A program made the translations under genes and the position numbers. The notes under the pieces were generated by a model. That model ran no database searches, was not told the origin of the DNA, and worked only from the letters and a program-made list of their open reading frames with translations. A stretch of 64,000 nucleotides of DNA from assembly GCA_951406725.2 (NCBI GenBank), contig OX597835.1:24614001-24678000 (forward strand), written 5' to 3'. Source of the DNA: Octopus vulgaris (lineage: Eukaryota). This document shows, piece by piece, positions 37,941-54,404 of this stretch; within the stretch, counting starts at the first letter, position 1, and each line of letters starts with the position of its first letter.

Positions 37941-40469
37941 ATTCTTTACTACGTGTTTTTTCTTTTTTTATCATTCTAAGACTGTATTTTTTCGTTCTCT
38001 CTGTTTTTCTATCCTTCCTCCTCTCTCTCCCTCCTCCTCTTCCCTTCCCCTCTGCTCTTTGTTTCTTTTATTCTCTCATTCTCACACACCATATTTCTTC
38101 TTTCTTTCTTTCTCTCTTCCTTCTTGTCTTGTTCTTATCCTTTCTATCTTTCTCTTTCGGTCATCTTTCTTTTCTTTCATCCGTCTTTCCTCTCATTCCT
38201 CATTATTTCGTTCATTCTTTCTTTCAAACATTCGCGTTTATTTACACTTATTTACTTCTTTGCTTTCTGGTTTTATTTTATCATTTATCTTATTTGTTGT
38301 ATTCATACATTTATTTATTTGTCTTATTTATATATTTGCGGCTTTTGGGAGGTATGAGTTTTCTTCGGAAATTATTTCTCTGGAATCTTTTACTTTCAAT
38401 CTAATTATAACACCGGGTTTCCTAAAATACTTTTAGAGAACTGTTCCGGAAAAATTCCAACGGATTGTAAAATAAAACTTTCCCATCGACCAAGTGGCTA
38501 ATTCTTCAATATAACGCTTCTTATAAACCTTTCTCCAGTCCACTCAGCTAGCAAAAATGAACGATCCTGTGATGGCCCAGCATCCTATCCAGGTGGGGAA
38601 TATATACTCCACTAAAACTGGGATACCGGCCCCTTATGAGCCTGGCATGGCTCGACAAAGAAACATTTATTTTTCTTCTTCTTTTTTTTTAATATTTATG
38701 GTAAAATAAACATTTTTTGCATCCAAATGGAGTTTGTGTTTTTCTTCGCAGATTATTTAATACCATGGTGGTTAAATTCGTAAAGATTTTGCCCCTTTAA
38801 AATTCCTTAGCAAGATATTGGTCGGCCTGGGGCTATAGTAAAAGACGTTTGTCGAAGGTACCGCGAAGTGGGACTGAACACGAAGTCACATTTCTTCGAA
38901 GCAAACTTCTTTTTCGTCAGAAAGTTTTTGACGAGTAAAACGTTTCGCCTTCAGGACAAAATACGAGAGCCTGTACCGCCTACGCTTTGCAGAGTGGGCA
39001 ACATAACGGATTCCAAGAACTCGTCCCTCAGTCTGGACTTTATCCAAAACTGCCAGGTAGAAAGCCCCGAGAAAGCTTTGTTTACGGAAGAATTCCACAA
39101 CGTGGAACTCTGCCAGAAATCTCTACAGATGTTTTGGTAGCAGCCCATATCTATGCACCAGCAAAAAATTCACGATATAAACACGCTGATTGTTTAGTCA
39201 AATAAATTGTTTGGTCAATATATAACACTGATGAAGTGATTCAAGCAGTCAGCGGGTGGCCGAACGTTAAGGATTTAGCACACACAACACTGCAAATAAA
39301 ATATGCGCAATGTCAGTAATTAAGACTGTTTTGTAATTAATTACCGTTACATCCGTAACTCGAAGTAAGTGATGGTTGTCCGCATGACAACAATTTGTTC
39401 ATTGGAATGTTGGTGATAATTGATTACGCGTTTGAACAAACCATAGAAGAATTCTTTCGAGGAATTGGTCATTAGGAGGAGAAGTCATCGAAGTGTTATA
39501 TAAAAAAAAATTGCCAATAGATTAGACCAGAGGTTCTCAACCATTTTTTTACCGATAGACCCCCCAGCCACACCACCCCACCTTTGACTCCTATTCTACT
39601 CAGGTGGACACCTCATAGCCATTCGTTGTTTAAGAACATCCTATTATATTTTTATGATTAAATATTATTACAAATTTTTTTTTTGAACATTTCTTGAAAT
39701 ATTTTGTGTATTTTCGAAGTATAACCAATTTATTGCAGACAAATCTTGTATGAACTCCCAAAAGCCATATAGACCTTGGTTGTGAACCACTGCCACAGTC
39801 AGAATATTTCTTACCGCTTCCAAATACATATAAAGACATATAACATTTAGGGTCTGATGCGGAATTCTTCCGTAAACAAAGCTTTCTCGGGGCTTTCTAC
39901 CTGACAGTCTTGGACAAAGTCCAGACTGAGGGACGAGTTCTTGGAATCCGTAATGCTGCCCACTCTGCAAAGCGTAGGCGGTACAGGCTCTCGTATTTTG
40001 TCCTGAAGGCAAAACGCTTAACTCGTCAAAGACTTTCTGACAAAAAAGAAGTTTGCTTCGAAGAAATGTGGCCTCGTGTTCAGTCCCACTTCGCGGTACC
40101 TTGGACAAAGGCCTTTCACTATAGCCCCAGGCCGACCAGCACCTTGCTAATGCATTCAGCAAACGGAAACAGTACAAAGCCTTTCGTATGCGTGTGTGTG
40201 TCTTCATGCATATATGTATGCGCGCATGTATGTATTATGTATGTATGTATGTATGTATGTATGTATGTATGTATGTATGTATGTATGTATGTATGTATGT
40301 ATGTATGTATGCATGTATGTATGTATGCATGCATGTATGTATTACGTATGTATATATTTGTATATGTATGCACATATACATATGTATTATACGTTAATGA
40401 ATCGTGTATACACACAATATATTTATTAATATCTGAAAATTTATCATCATCATCATATATATTGAAATA

Positions 40470-40508
<39 letters not shown>

Positions 40509-40540
40509 ATTCTACAAAATTTTTTGCCACCCTATATTGA

Positions 40541-40580
<40 letters not shown>

Positions 40581-40602
40581 ACACACACACATACATACAT
40601 AT

Positions 40603-40685
<83 letters not shown>

Positions 40686-41241
40686 GAGGTGCAATGGCCC
40701 AGTGGTTAGCGCAGCGGACTTGCGGCCTTAGGATCGCGGTTTCGATTCCCAGACCGGACATTGTGAGTGTTTATTGAGCGAAAACACCTAAAAAAAGGCT
40801 CCACAATGCTCCGGCAGGGGGTGGTGATCCCTGCTGTAGTCTTTCACCACTCTTTCTCCCACTCTTTCTTCTCATGGCCTGCACGCTTAGCCAGCGAGGT
40901 GGCGTCATTCGAAGGCTAAAATAATGCGAACGCATTGTGACCTGCGATGTGTAACAACGTCTGATGGTCTAGTCGGTCACGTGATCGTGATATATATATA
41001 TATATATATCCATACATGCATACATACAAACACACACACATATAGTGAGAATTTAGAAAAAAAAAAAACAAAGACGAAGATGGATGTATAAACAACAAAC
41101 AGATGTATTAGTTTAACGCTCGGGAAGTGAGAAAATCTTTTACGTTTCGAGCCTATGCTCTTCGACAGAAAGGAACACAGAAATAAACAGAGAGAGAAAA
41201 TAGAAAAAGGTTTAGTGGCTAGCGATCAATCACACACACAC

Positions 41242-41296
<55 letters not shown>

Positions 41297-41677
41297 GGGA
41301 ATAAATTATTATTCCAACCTTACAGGTAAAATTCAGTATAATAATATTAGACCGAATATCGTAATATATAATATATAATAATATATGTATATAACTAATT
41401 TAGAGACGAACCACCATTCCACAACACAGTCAATGAAGAACCCGTCCCAAAACCATGCTGTGAGACATCTACCATACAAAACACTAATCTAGAATTTTAA
41501 TAACATATACTATTGAACAGTAAGGTTATTACAATCATATAATATAAAAGAGCAAATACTTTTAAAATCACAGCGAATACCATGTATGGTATTTGCTCTA
41601 ATATATTATATGACAGTAATAACCTCATTGTATATAATTATATATAACCTTATATATATATAAAAATTTTAGATTAG

Positions 41678-41725
<48 letters not shown>

Positions 41726-41872
41726 AATAATATATAAATATATGCATATATACATACATATATGTACACACCTACATATATATGTATATATACATGCATA
41801 TATGGGTACAGGACATCCCAAAAACGTTGAACACAATGAGAAACGAAGACATAAAAACAAAAACATATACAT

Positions 41873-41903
<31 letters not shown>

Positions 41904-41963
41904 CATATATATATGTAAACACATACATACAAACACAAATATAGATGCATATATAATATATAT

Positions 41964-41996
<33 letters not shown>

Positions 41997-42087
41997 TTTT
42001 AAATATATATATATATATATATACATATACACACACATACTCGTACATGCAAACATATAGAGAGCTGCTAGCACACATATACATACA

Positions 42088-42162
<75 letters not shown>

Positions 42163-42340
42163 GCACATATATATATTACATGTATATATACATACATATA
42201 CATACTCACATATGCATATATAATATATTTGTATACATGTGTGTATATGCGTATGTGTACATATGGGTATGTATATATGCAAGTATATACACACACATGC
42301 ATACATATAGTCTGTCATGCATACACACAGACTAGATAAC

Positions 42341-42413
<73 letters not shown>

Positions 42414-42423
42414 GGGTTATAGT

Positions 42424-42508
<85 letters not shown>

Positions 42509-42592
42509 GGATGGATGGATAGATAGATAGATAGATAGATAGATAGACAGATAGATAGATAGACAGACAGACAGACATACATACAGATAGAT

Positions 42593-42625
<33 letters not shown>

Positions 42626-43260
42626 AGAGAGAAAATGAAATAGAGAGAGAGAGAAGGGAGAGAGAATGAGGGGGAAGGAGAAGAAGAGGGAGAGGTGAAA
42701 TAACTGCTCTTATGATATTAGCAATAAAAGTGCCAACAGAGCTGATACGATGCAAGGCGCAGCATGCTTAATATGATGTCTAGACAAGAGACCAGAGACC
42801 AATAATAAACAGAACGAAGGGCGGCAGCCTGTAGCCCTCGCGTCTGCTTGTCTGTCTGTCCGTGTGTCGCTAGCGCTGAGATTGTACTACAGCGATGCTA
42901 GGTTCGAATTGTTGGTCTTGTTCTTATTACGGTGGTGGTGGTGGTGGAAATTGTGGTGGTTGTGGTGGCGGTGGTGGCTGTGATGGTGGTGGTAGTGGTG
43001 GGGATTGTGATCGTAGTGGTGGTGGTGGTGGTGGTTGTGATGGTGGTGATGGTGGGGATTGTGATCGTAGTGGTGGGTGGTGGTGGTTGTGGTGGTGGTT
43101 GTGATGGTGGTGATGGTTGTGGTAGTGGTGGGGATTGTGATCGTAGTGGTGGTGGTGGTAGTGGTGGTGGTGGTGGTGGTGGTGTGGTGGTGGTGGTGGT
43201 TGTGATGGTGGTGATGGCTGTGGTAGTGGTGGGGATTGTGATCGTAGTGGTGGTGGTGGT
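35107..43260 (+). repeat. Copy 2 of ~8.1 kb direct duplication
   Basis: Starts at the first base after the gap with GTTCAGTCCCACAAAG (= 26863). Includes hammerheads at 35128-35207 and 35511-35590. The end is approximate, inside the GTG array. Confidence 0.95.
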
Positions 43261-43770
43261 AGTGGTGGTGGTGGTGGTGGTGGTGGTGGTGGTGGTGGTG
43301 GTGGTTGTGATGGTGGTGATGGTGGGGATTGTGATCGTAGTGGTGGTGGTGTTGGTGGTTGTGATGGTGGTGGTAGTGGTTGTGATGGTGGTGGTAGTGG
43401 TTGTGATGGTGGTGGTGGTGGTGGTGGTTGTGATGGTGGTGATGGTGGTGGTGGTGTGTGGTGGTGATGGTGGTGGGTAGTGGTGGGGATTGTGATCGTA
43501 GAGGTGGTGGTGTTGGTGGTTGTGATGGTGGTGGTGGTGGTGGTGGTGGTGGTGGTGGTGGTGGTGGTGGTGGTGATGATGGTGGGTGGTAGTGGTGGTG
43601 GCGTGATGATGGTGGTTGTGGTGTTGGTGGTGGTGATGATGGTGGTGGTAGTGATGGTGGTGGTGGTAGTGGTGGTGATAGTGACGGTAGTGGTGGTCAT
43701 GGTGACGGTAGTGATGGTGGTGGTTGTGGTGGTGGTGATGATGGTGATGATGGTGGTGGTGGTAGTGGTG
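42930..43770. repeat. (GTG)n array with recurring GTGGGGATTGTGATCGTAGTG motif
   Basis: Read directly from the sequence. A truncated counterpart lies at 34648-35006. Confidence 0.9.
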
Positions 43771-44199
43771 GCAGCAAAGGAGATTGCAGATTGGATAACA
43801 TCAGAGTTTACAGGAAGTGAAACTAACAATAGACTTCACCGGAAGTAATATAAGGAACATCAACAGCAGCAAAAAAAAACAGACAAAAATGAGCAAAAAT
43901 AGTGGTGACAGCAGCATCATCACCAGCAGCGGCAGTAGCAGCACCGGCAGCAACAGCAACGACAACAACGATAACAACAGCAGTAGCAGCCGTCCAAGAA
44001 TTTGGGCCTGGAGATCTCCATTTCCAGCGACTTCGAGGGCCACTTCCCAGTGGTGTCGGGCGTCAACGACAAGTCGACCAAAGTTTTTATTTCCAAGGTC
44101 TGGGGTCTCCTACCCCTCAGCCCTAGACCATCACCTAATCACCCTTATCCGACTTGTTGCTTAACAACAACAACAACAATAGCAGCAGTAGAAGCAACG

Positions 44200-44525
44200 T
44201 GGAGGCGCAATGGCCCAATGATTAGGGCAGCGGACTCGCGGTTGGAGGATCAGACTGGGCGTTGTGTGTGTTTATTGAGCGAAAACACCTAAAGCTCCAC
44301 GAGGCTCCGGCAGGGGGTGGTGGCGACCCCTGTTGTACTCTTTCTTCCTGTTTCTTGTCCCCGACTTCCTACGCAACCGCTGAGCCTGGATGCACATTCA
44401 TCCATCCGTCGATGCTCTCGGTGTCGGGGATTGACCTGCTTTCTCTTCTTCTGCGGGTCTTACGAAAAGCAAAGGGCCACGTTTCGGACTTCTCCCACTA
44501 GGACGTAGACCGCTAAGCTCAACAG
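44200..44525 (+). mobile_element. SINE family C head with a different 3' tail
   Basis: The head matches the 32354 copy, the sequence diverges after ~44345, and it ends in (CAA)n. Confidence 0.65.
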
Positions 44526-44856
44526 CAACAGCAACAACAACCAAAACGACAGTAACAACAACTACAATAACAATAACAGCTACGACAACAGCAATAGCAC
44601 CAACGACAAGAATAACAAGAACAACAGCAACAACAAGAATAGGAACAACATCAAATATGAGCTGTGCAGTAATTACAGAGTAATGGTTGTTGTTAGGGGT
44701 TTTGTTGTATTTGACGTTCTTTTCACCATCATCGTTTTAACGTTCATATTTTTCCATGCTTGCAAGGGTCGGAGGAGTTTATTGACGCAGATATTCTATA
44801 TGACCGAATGCCCTCCCTGTTGCCAACCCTTACCTGATTTTCCAAGCAAGGTATAT

Positions 44857-44909
<53 letters not shown>

Positions 44910-44920
44910 CAGAATGCACA

Positions 44921-45057
44921 TAGGTGCAGGAGTGGCTGTGTGCTAAGTAGCTTGCTTACCAACTACATGGTTCCAGGTTCAGTCCCACTGCTATAGCCTC
45001 GGACTGACCAAAGCTTTGTGAGTGGGCTAGGTGGACGGAAAATGAAAGAAGCCCATC

Positions 45058-45110
<53 letters not shown>

Positions 45111-45612
45111 TCATAAAATATTAGGGAATAAATCCAAACTTACAGGGAAAAATCAGATTTAGAATTAAATCCAATTTTATAGTATAAATATATTATATTA
45201 TATTATATTAAATTAAATTAGAGATAAAACCACTATTAGGCAAATCAAACAATGAAAAACATAAGCCAATACATAAAATTAAATTAATTTATATTATTTT
45301 AAATATATATCAAAAGTATTAAAAGTTTGATAAAAGATAAATATATAAAAATATATATAAAAGATATATATATATATGAATATGTGTGTCTGTGTGTGCG
45401 CGCATGTGTGTGCGTGTGTTTGTGTTTGTCACCCCACCATCGCTTGACAACCGATGTTGGTGTCTTTAGGTCCCCGTTACTTAGCGGTTCGGCAAAAGAG
45501 ACCGATAGGATAAGTACTAAACTTACAAAGAATAAGTCCCGGAGTCGATTTGTTCGACTAAAGGCAGTGTTCCTGCATGGCCGCAGTCAAATGACTGCAA
45601 CAAATAAAAGAA
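44921..45612 (+). mobile_element. SINE family B split by a family G insertion
   Basis: 5' half at 44921-45060, family G (ATTAGGGAATAAATCCAAA...) at ~45112-45345, 3' half at ~45415-45612. Confidence 0.75.
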
Positions 45613-45836
45613 TATATGATATTTTTGTTGCTTACTTGTTACGATGTTCGTAAAATTTCCAGTCAGTTATAATCCTGTGAGACACTATTTCATTCTTTCT
45701 AGAAACCATCAGGATGGCATGATCCGAGGTATATCTACTAAGCATTTTATGAAGCGAGAGATGTTTTATGGGCGGAAAATAAATTAGTCGGGAAGAAATT
45801 AATGAAAGTTGTTTTTCTTTTGTTTCGTGATGAAGT

Positions 45837-45902
<66 letters not shown>

Positions 45903-46367
45903 ACCTTTTTGGATATTCATGCAAGATAACTGTTTCCAGAGAGTTCTACCATGTGAAGGTATTATATTGTAGCTAATTCAGTTCTAAGACAAGCGAAATT
46001 CACAAACCTTTTCTGATAAGTTCTTTGGGGTGTGGTTATTGGTTTCAAGCTGCTATTCCATACGAATAATTCCTCGTTACACAGTAAAAGCGATATCTCT
46101 TCGGAGGTATGCCTTGATTTTTAGTTCGATCATTTCGGATTCACAGTCTTTCAAACATGTGGTGACCGCTAGTGGACTGTTAAAACAAGGGAGATAATCA
46201 TTTTTTCACATTATTTAGCGGGATCAAAAGTATGAATTTAAAATTAACGAATAAGAAAAAATCCTACGTACAAAATACATACATTAAATCTTTCATGTTT
46301 CACACACACACACACAGACACACACACACAGACACACACACACACACAGACACACACACACACACAG

Positions 46368-46398
<31 letters not shown>

Positions 46399-46471
46399 TG
46401 TGTGCGTGTTGTTACCGGGTGATTTTGGATGCTATTTTTAGTGTTAGTATTTACCTCTCTCACTCTTTCTT

Positions 46472-46591
<120 letters not shown>

Positions 46592-46594
46592 TAC

Positions 46595-46679
<85 letters not shown>

Positions 46680-47839
46680 TATACATATATATATACACAT
46701 ACTGTTCTCTCTTTCCCTTTCGTTCCCTCTCTCTTCCTTTCTCTAATTCTTTTCCTTTTCCCTTCACCGTTCTCTATCTGTCCTTCTCTCTTTCTCACTC
46801 TTCTTTTTTTACTCTCCTTTACACACGCATTCTTATCTGTCTCCTCTCCTATCTTTTCTCCTGTCAAAGCTTCTTCCTCCAGCGTTCGCCACCTCACCTC
46901 GTTTTGCCTTAGCAGCCCTTACTGTGTCTTTTCACTGTCCTCTTTTTGTTACCAACTTTGTCCCTCCAGAAAGTCCAAATTTTATTTTGCTTTGCGTGAG
47001 CACCTGTATCCCCGAAGACACATCTTGTCATAATTACTCGAAATGCGGAGTAGATAAAACAGCCGACAGCTGATGAAGGGTTGTTCTTTATGTCACTTGT
47101 CTTGTTTTCCATTTATTTCTTTCGTTGTTCGCAAAAAAGTTCGTATTCCAAGTTTTCGTATTTCAAGTTGTTTACGTTTTATGATGTCCTGTACTCATAT
47201 ATGCATATGTATATACATATATATGTAAGTATGTACATATATGTATATATATATATATATATGTATGTATATATGTATGTATGTATGTATGTATGCATGT
47301 ATATATGAATGTGTGTGTGTGTGTGTGTATTATTTATATTCTACATACATACATATATACATATATACATACATACATACATTTATATATATATTGCTTC
47401 GAACCTGTGTATAAAAACAAAAAGAAGGAGAGAGAGATACATACATATATATATATTATGTATGTATATATGTATGTGTGTCTATATAATTTACAGTGAC
47501 ACACCCATATACACACATATACATATATGTATGTATGTGTTTATACATATTTCTTGATGTGCGTATATAGAAATGTTTTACCCATATAGACGATCATATG
47601 TACATATATACATACCTAGAAAAACAGGTCTGAGTACATGCGTTTTATATAAATTTGCACGCCCGTGTATACACACGCGCGCGCGCGCAAGCACACATAC
47701 ATGTATGCATGCTTGTATATATATATATATATATATTTGTAAATTTACTTTTTATACACACACACATGCATATATATATGCACACACATACATATATATG
47801 TGTATATATATGTGTATATATATATGTATATATGTATGT

Positions 47840-47937
<98 letters not shown>

Positions 47938-48302
47938 TATATATATATATATACTCTTTATTCACACATAAAGATATAAGTCCATACATATCTACGACCG
48001 CAATAACAGCATCAACAACGGAACACTGCCTCAAATCGCATTTCTCTCCGTTCCTTTCAAAGTACAATCTCTTGTTTTGACAGCCGTCTCTGATAGTGGA
48101 GAAAGACAAACCCTCCTAACTCATATCTTATACACACATGTCTTAATCACATTATATCATATACACTCTGCACTTAAGGACCGCCTTTTGCTTATTTCGA
48201 CATTTTAATGGCGCAGTTGTTGATTTGCATACAAGTCACGAATACAAACATACATACATACATACAAATATATATGTATATGTATGTGTATATATGTATA
48301 TG

Positions 48303-48362
<60 letters not shown>

Positions 48363-48556
48363 CATACACATACACACACACATATATATATACACACACA
48401 TATATTCATATATATATACGGGTACATATATATATATACACACATATATTCATATATATATACGGGTACATATAATTATATCCGTATACATACATGTATC
48501 TATATATGTGTATATATGCGCACATATATATCAATCAATCCCTTTCTTTTCCTCCC

Positions 48557-48590
<34 letters not shown>

Positions 48591-48829
48591 TGTGTGTGTG
48601 TGCGCGTGCGTCTTTGTGTCTGTGTTTCTTCCGCCACCGTTTGACAATCGGTGTTAGTGTGTCTACGTCCGCGTAAATTTGCGGTTTGCCAGAAGAAACC
48701 GATAAAATAAATAGCAGGCTTTATGGAAAGAAAAACAAACCAATGGTGACTAGAACTGTGGTCAATTCGATCGACTGGATTTCTGTAAGGCAGTGACCCA
48801 GCATGGCTGCAGTCTAATGATTAAAACAA

Positions 48830-48879
<50 letters not shown>

Positions 48880-48892
<13 letters not shown>

Positions 48893-49255
48893 GGCAGTTT
48901 GTCTGTGCGTGTTTCTGTGTGTCTGTCAGGTTGTACCCTCACCCTGACCACGGCTTTCAACCGATTCTGATGAAACTTGACACACACATAGCCCAATGTC
49001 ATAATTCAAAACTAACGTAGCGAAAATTTTGAAAAGTTCCCCCAGTTCTGAAAAAATCGATAAATTCGACATGGGGTCGAGAATCAGAAACACAAACCGC
49101 AAACTGTCTAGGGGACGCACCTCCACCTTTTTCACTCTCAAAAAAAATTTACCATCATTTTTTTCCATTTTTTTGCTATTTTTTGGCTAACTCTCTAAAA
49201 ATGCTTTATAGTTATTTCCCTTACAAACCTGAGCAACGCCGGGCGATACTGCTAG
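48880..49255 (+). mobile_element. Non-autonomous Helitron-like element
   Basis: Ends with hairpin-like CCTGAGCAACGCCGGG and CTAG|T. Internal CCGATTCTGATGAAACT. Sits in (TA)n and shares its 3' ~65 bp with 60032-60423. Confidence 0.75.
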
Positions 49256-49867
49256 TATATATATATATATTTATAGGTTAGAATTTACCGATACTGTTTT
49301 TGTACATAGGGTAATGTGGTTTCTTTGTTGATGTTTAATTAATAATGTTAGTGTTAAATTCTCCCTAGAATTATGATTAAGTGAATGTGGTGATATCTAA
49401 GGTATGTTTGTTCCCAAGCAATACTTATTTTAGTGCTACTGACACCGCCGGATTGAATGGTACTGCGCAAGTGTCGAAACCATAGTGACATCCGTGGGGC
49501 AGCTGATGATGGAGGTGTGCTGGATTGTTGGTATGGCTGTTATTATATATGCGGAATAGTTTTATAAGACTACTCCGCACATATATATGAATATATCAAT
49601 GGCCAAACATGTTATCGCCGGAAGACAGTTTTTATTGTGATGAGAAATATGAGTGGTAAAATGACTTTATAGCAGATTTGGCTGCTATTCTTAACAAATA
49701 AGGGGTTTGAAACTCTCTTAGTAAAAATTGTGACTTGTTCATAATTATAAACGTTCCTCTTCTATGTATATTATGATAATATGTTGGCCATTGATATATT
49801 CATAAATGATCTTAATTATTTATAAAATATCCTCCGTAATGTTTTATTGCGTTACTTTCTAATTATA

Positions 49868-50282
49868 CTCTCTTTACTCTTTACTCTTTTACTTGTTTCA
49901 GTCATTTGACTGCGGCCATGCTGGAGCACCGCCTTTAGTCGAGCAAATCGACCCCGGGACTTATTCTTTGTAAGCCCAGTACTTATTCTATCCGTCTCTT
50001 TTGCCGAACCGCTAAGTGACGGGGACGTAAACACACCAGCATCGGTTGTCAAGCAATGCTAGGGGGACAAACACAGACACACAAACATATACACACACAC
50101 TTATATATATATACATATATACGACAGGCTTCTTTCAGTTTCAGTCTACCAAATCCACTCACAAGGCATTGGTCGGCCCGGGGCTATAGTAGAAGACACT
50201 TGCCCAAGATGCTACGCAGTGGGACTGAACCCGGAACCATGTGGTTGGTTAGCAAGCTACTTACCACACAGCCACTCCTGCG

Positions 50283-50286
<4 letters not shown>
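49868..50286 (-). mobile_element. SINE family B, full length
   Basis: Close reverse complement of 3456-3870. Confidence 0.9.
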
Positions 50287-50363
<77 letters not shown>

Positions 50364-50364
50364 A

Positions 50365-50520
50365 ACTTACAAAAAAAACAAAAGCCGAAGATAGGTGTGT
50401 AAACAACAAACAGGTGTAGTAGTTTAACGCTCGGGAAGGTGAGAAAGTCTTTTATGTTTCAAGCCTACGCTCTTCAACAGAAATGAACACGAGAAAATAA
50501 ACAAAGAGAAAATCAAGAGT
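50365..50520 (-). mobile_element. Family P1 element
   Basis: Minus strand CTGTTGA-A-GAGC-GTAG-GCTT-GAAACATA. Confidence 0.6.
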
Positions 50521-50524
50521 TATG

Positions 50525-50610
<86 letters not shown>

Positions 50611-50668
50611 TATATCTATATATGTATATATAGATATATATGCATATATGTATATATCTATCTATCTA

Positions 50669-50731
<63 letters not shown>

Positions 50732-50999
50732 TTACACACACGCGCATTATATGTATGTCAAAAGCTGACAGTCTACTCGGAGTTAAGCCCTTGACTGGGA
50801 GCCCAGTTAGTGGCGAAACTCAAGCGTTGCGTTTCACCTTTTGAAATAAGTCTACCTAATCTACTCAACGAATTGTCTTCTACACTAGAATAATATTTGT
50901 ACTATGTGAATTATGTTTTCGTTTTCTTTATATATTAGACATATACATACATATATACGTCTATATGTATACATGTGTGTGTGTGTGCGTCGTTCAATT

Positions 51000-51189
51000 G
51001 TACAGAAACAAAAGACAAAGACAGGTGTAGGAACTTCAAGCAGGTGTACTTATTTGATGCTTGGGAAAAATGGAAAAATCTTTGACGTTTCGAGTCAACG
51101 CTCTTCGATATAAAGGATGAGAGGAAATAAATGGAAATAGAGAGGGAAAAAATGAAGAGGAAAAAATGTGTCGGGATTAAGGGTTCCCC

Positions 51190-51190
<1 letters not shown>
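51000..51190 (-). mobile_element. Family P1 element, core decayed
   Basis: Minus strand CTTT-ATATCGA-A-GAGC-GTTG-ACTC-GAAAC-GTC-AAAG. Confidence 0.55.
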
Positions 51191-52175
<985 letters not shown>

Positions 52176-52986
52176 ATCCTATTATCAGTCTAATAACATA
52201 TACCATTCTCTCATTTCATTCTTCTCACCCATTTCCCAGTCCTTATCATTCCATAAATTGGTAAATCCTGATATCTTGGAACAGACTTCCGTATCATATG
52301 TTTCCAGTTCTTCTTTCTCTGTCTCTCATTCACACACACACATTCATTCATTCAATCTCTCACCTCTCTCTCTCTCTCTTTCTATTCATTTCTCTCTCTG
52401 TGTTTCCTTCTATTTCTCTCTTTCTTGCCATCTCTCATTCATTCTTCTCTGACGTATTCTTTCTGAAGAATATTACTCTTCGCTCTCACTCACCCTCCCT
52501 CACACATCTGCCACGCACCTCCTACGCGTACACACTTAAATACACCTGTACGTACCGCGCACGCACGCACTCACGTACACACGCAAATACACATGATCAC
52601 GCACACACACACACACACACGCGCGCGCATAAACAGACACACAAGCACACGCACACAAAATACACACATACAAACACACAAAAAACACAACTCACACTAA
52701 AACACACACACACACACACAAATACGTACACGCAGAAGAGCCCAAGACACACGGATATTCATACATACATTTACTCATACACACATAGAGAGATTAACGC
52801 ACGCGAACAAACACACACACACACATAAACACACACACACATTCATACAAGAAATTGAAAGCCTCCTGGTGGTGGTTTGACCTACTAGAAATAGCAGGCA
52901 AATCTCCCTCAAATCAGGCACACACACACACGAACACATGTCACACTCAATCTCTTTCTCTCTCTTTCTCTCCTTCCTTCTCTCTT

Positions 52987-53018
<32 letters not shown>

Positions 53019-53406
53019 TCTTTCTCTCTCTCTCTTACACTCACGTTAACACACATGCAGAGAGACCCTCACACAACATATATAAATAACAACAAGATGC
53101 AACAACAACAACAACAACAGCAACAACAACAGCAAGAAAGAGAACAGAACATTCATGAGAACATGCTCACAGCAACAACAACATCAACAATCTGTTTGCC
53201 ATTTATCCTCAAAAACCATTTCAAGTAGGAGATCCTCTTGCGATGTGGGTAAACCATTAAACTATACCTCGCAACTCCGACAACACACCACCACCGCCAC
53301 TACTACCACTACTAATGCTGCTGCTGCTGCTGCTACTACTACTACTACCACCACCACCACAACACCACTGTCCACCACCACCACCACCACCACAACCACG
53401 ACTGTC

Positions 53407-53441
<35 letters not shown>

Positions 53442-53684
53442 AACCACGACTGTCACTACTACTACTACCACTACCATCGCCACCGCCTCCACCATCACTA
53501 CTGCTACGACTACTACTACTACTATACTAATAATAACAATAATAATAATAATAATAATAATGTCGATAACAATAATAATGATAAAGATAATAATGATAAT
53601 GATAATAATAATGATAATGATGATGATGATGAAGATGATGATGATGATGATGGTGACGATTATAATAATGATAATAATCTCTTC

Positions 53685-53810
53685 CACCACAGGAACAAGG
53701 CCTGAAATTTGGTGGGGAGGGGACTAGTCGGTAAGCTCTACCTCAGTTCCTAACTGGTACTTATTTCATCGACCCCGAAAGGATGAAAAGCAAAGGGCGG
53801 CACTTTTCGG
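53685..53810 (-). mobile_element. SINE family A fragment
   Basis: ACTGGTACTTATTTCATCGACCCCGAAAGGATGAAA. Confidence 0.7.
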
Positions 53811-53821
53811 TCTGCTATAGG

Positions 53822-53923
<102 letters not shown>

Positions 53924-54404
53924 TTTGTGGGGTCCGGAAGATCCACCCCAGGCGGTACACACTCTAGCTATGCTAGTGATTAATCAGAACGATGTTTTTG
54001 ATTCCATTTACTGTGTTGAGCCTTGGGAGTCATAGGGGCCAGTTACCCTCTTTCCATGTATAAAAGTGGGTGAGATAGGAACATTCGCCTTGAATGGAGA
54101 CACCATCCCTTTGCAGAGTTAATCCATTTTGGCAGCTGAGTGGACCGGATGCGATGTGAAATGAAGTGTTTTGCTCAAGAACATAACGTATTGCTCGGTC
54201 CGGAAGTCAAAATCTTGCGATCGTCAATGCAATGCCCTAATCATTGGGCCTTTCACGACGCCCTTCCCCGATGAACGGGGTTAGAGAAATCTGCCTATTC
54301 TTTTTACATGTAAACATGTATATATATATATGTTGCACATTAAAACCCAAGGTCTTATCTGTTTATTTGAACCACTCTGTGTGTGTGCGCGCGCATGCGC
54401 GTTT

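Noticed and set aside
43990-44165. GC-rich stretch with open frames
   Set aside because: No recognisable protein or clear splice boundaries.
50770-50832. Strong hairpin TGACTGGG/CCCAGTTA followed by GAAAC
   Set aside because: No CUGANGA-like core upstream, so it is too degenerate to call.
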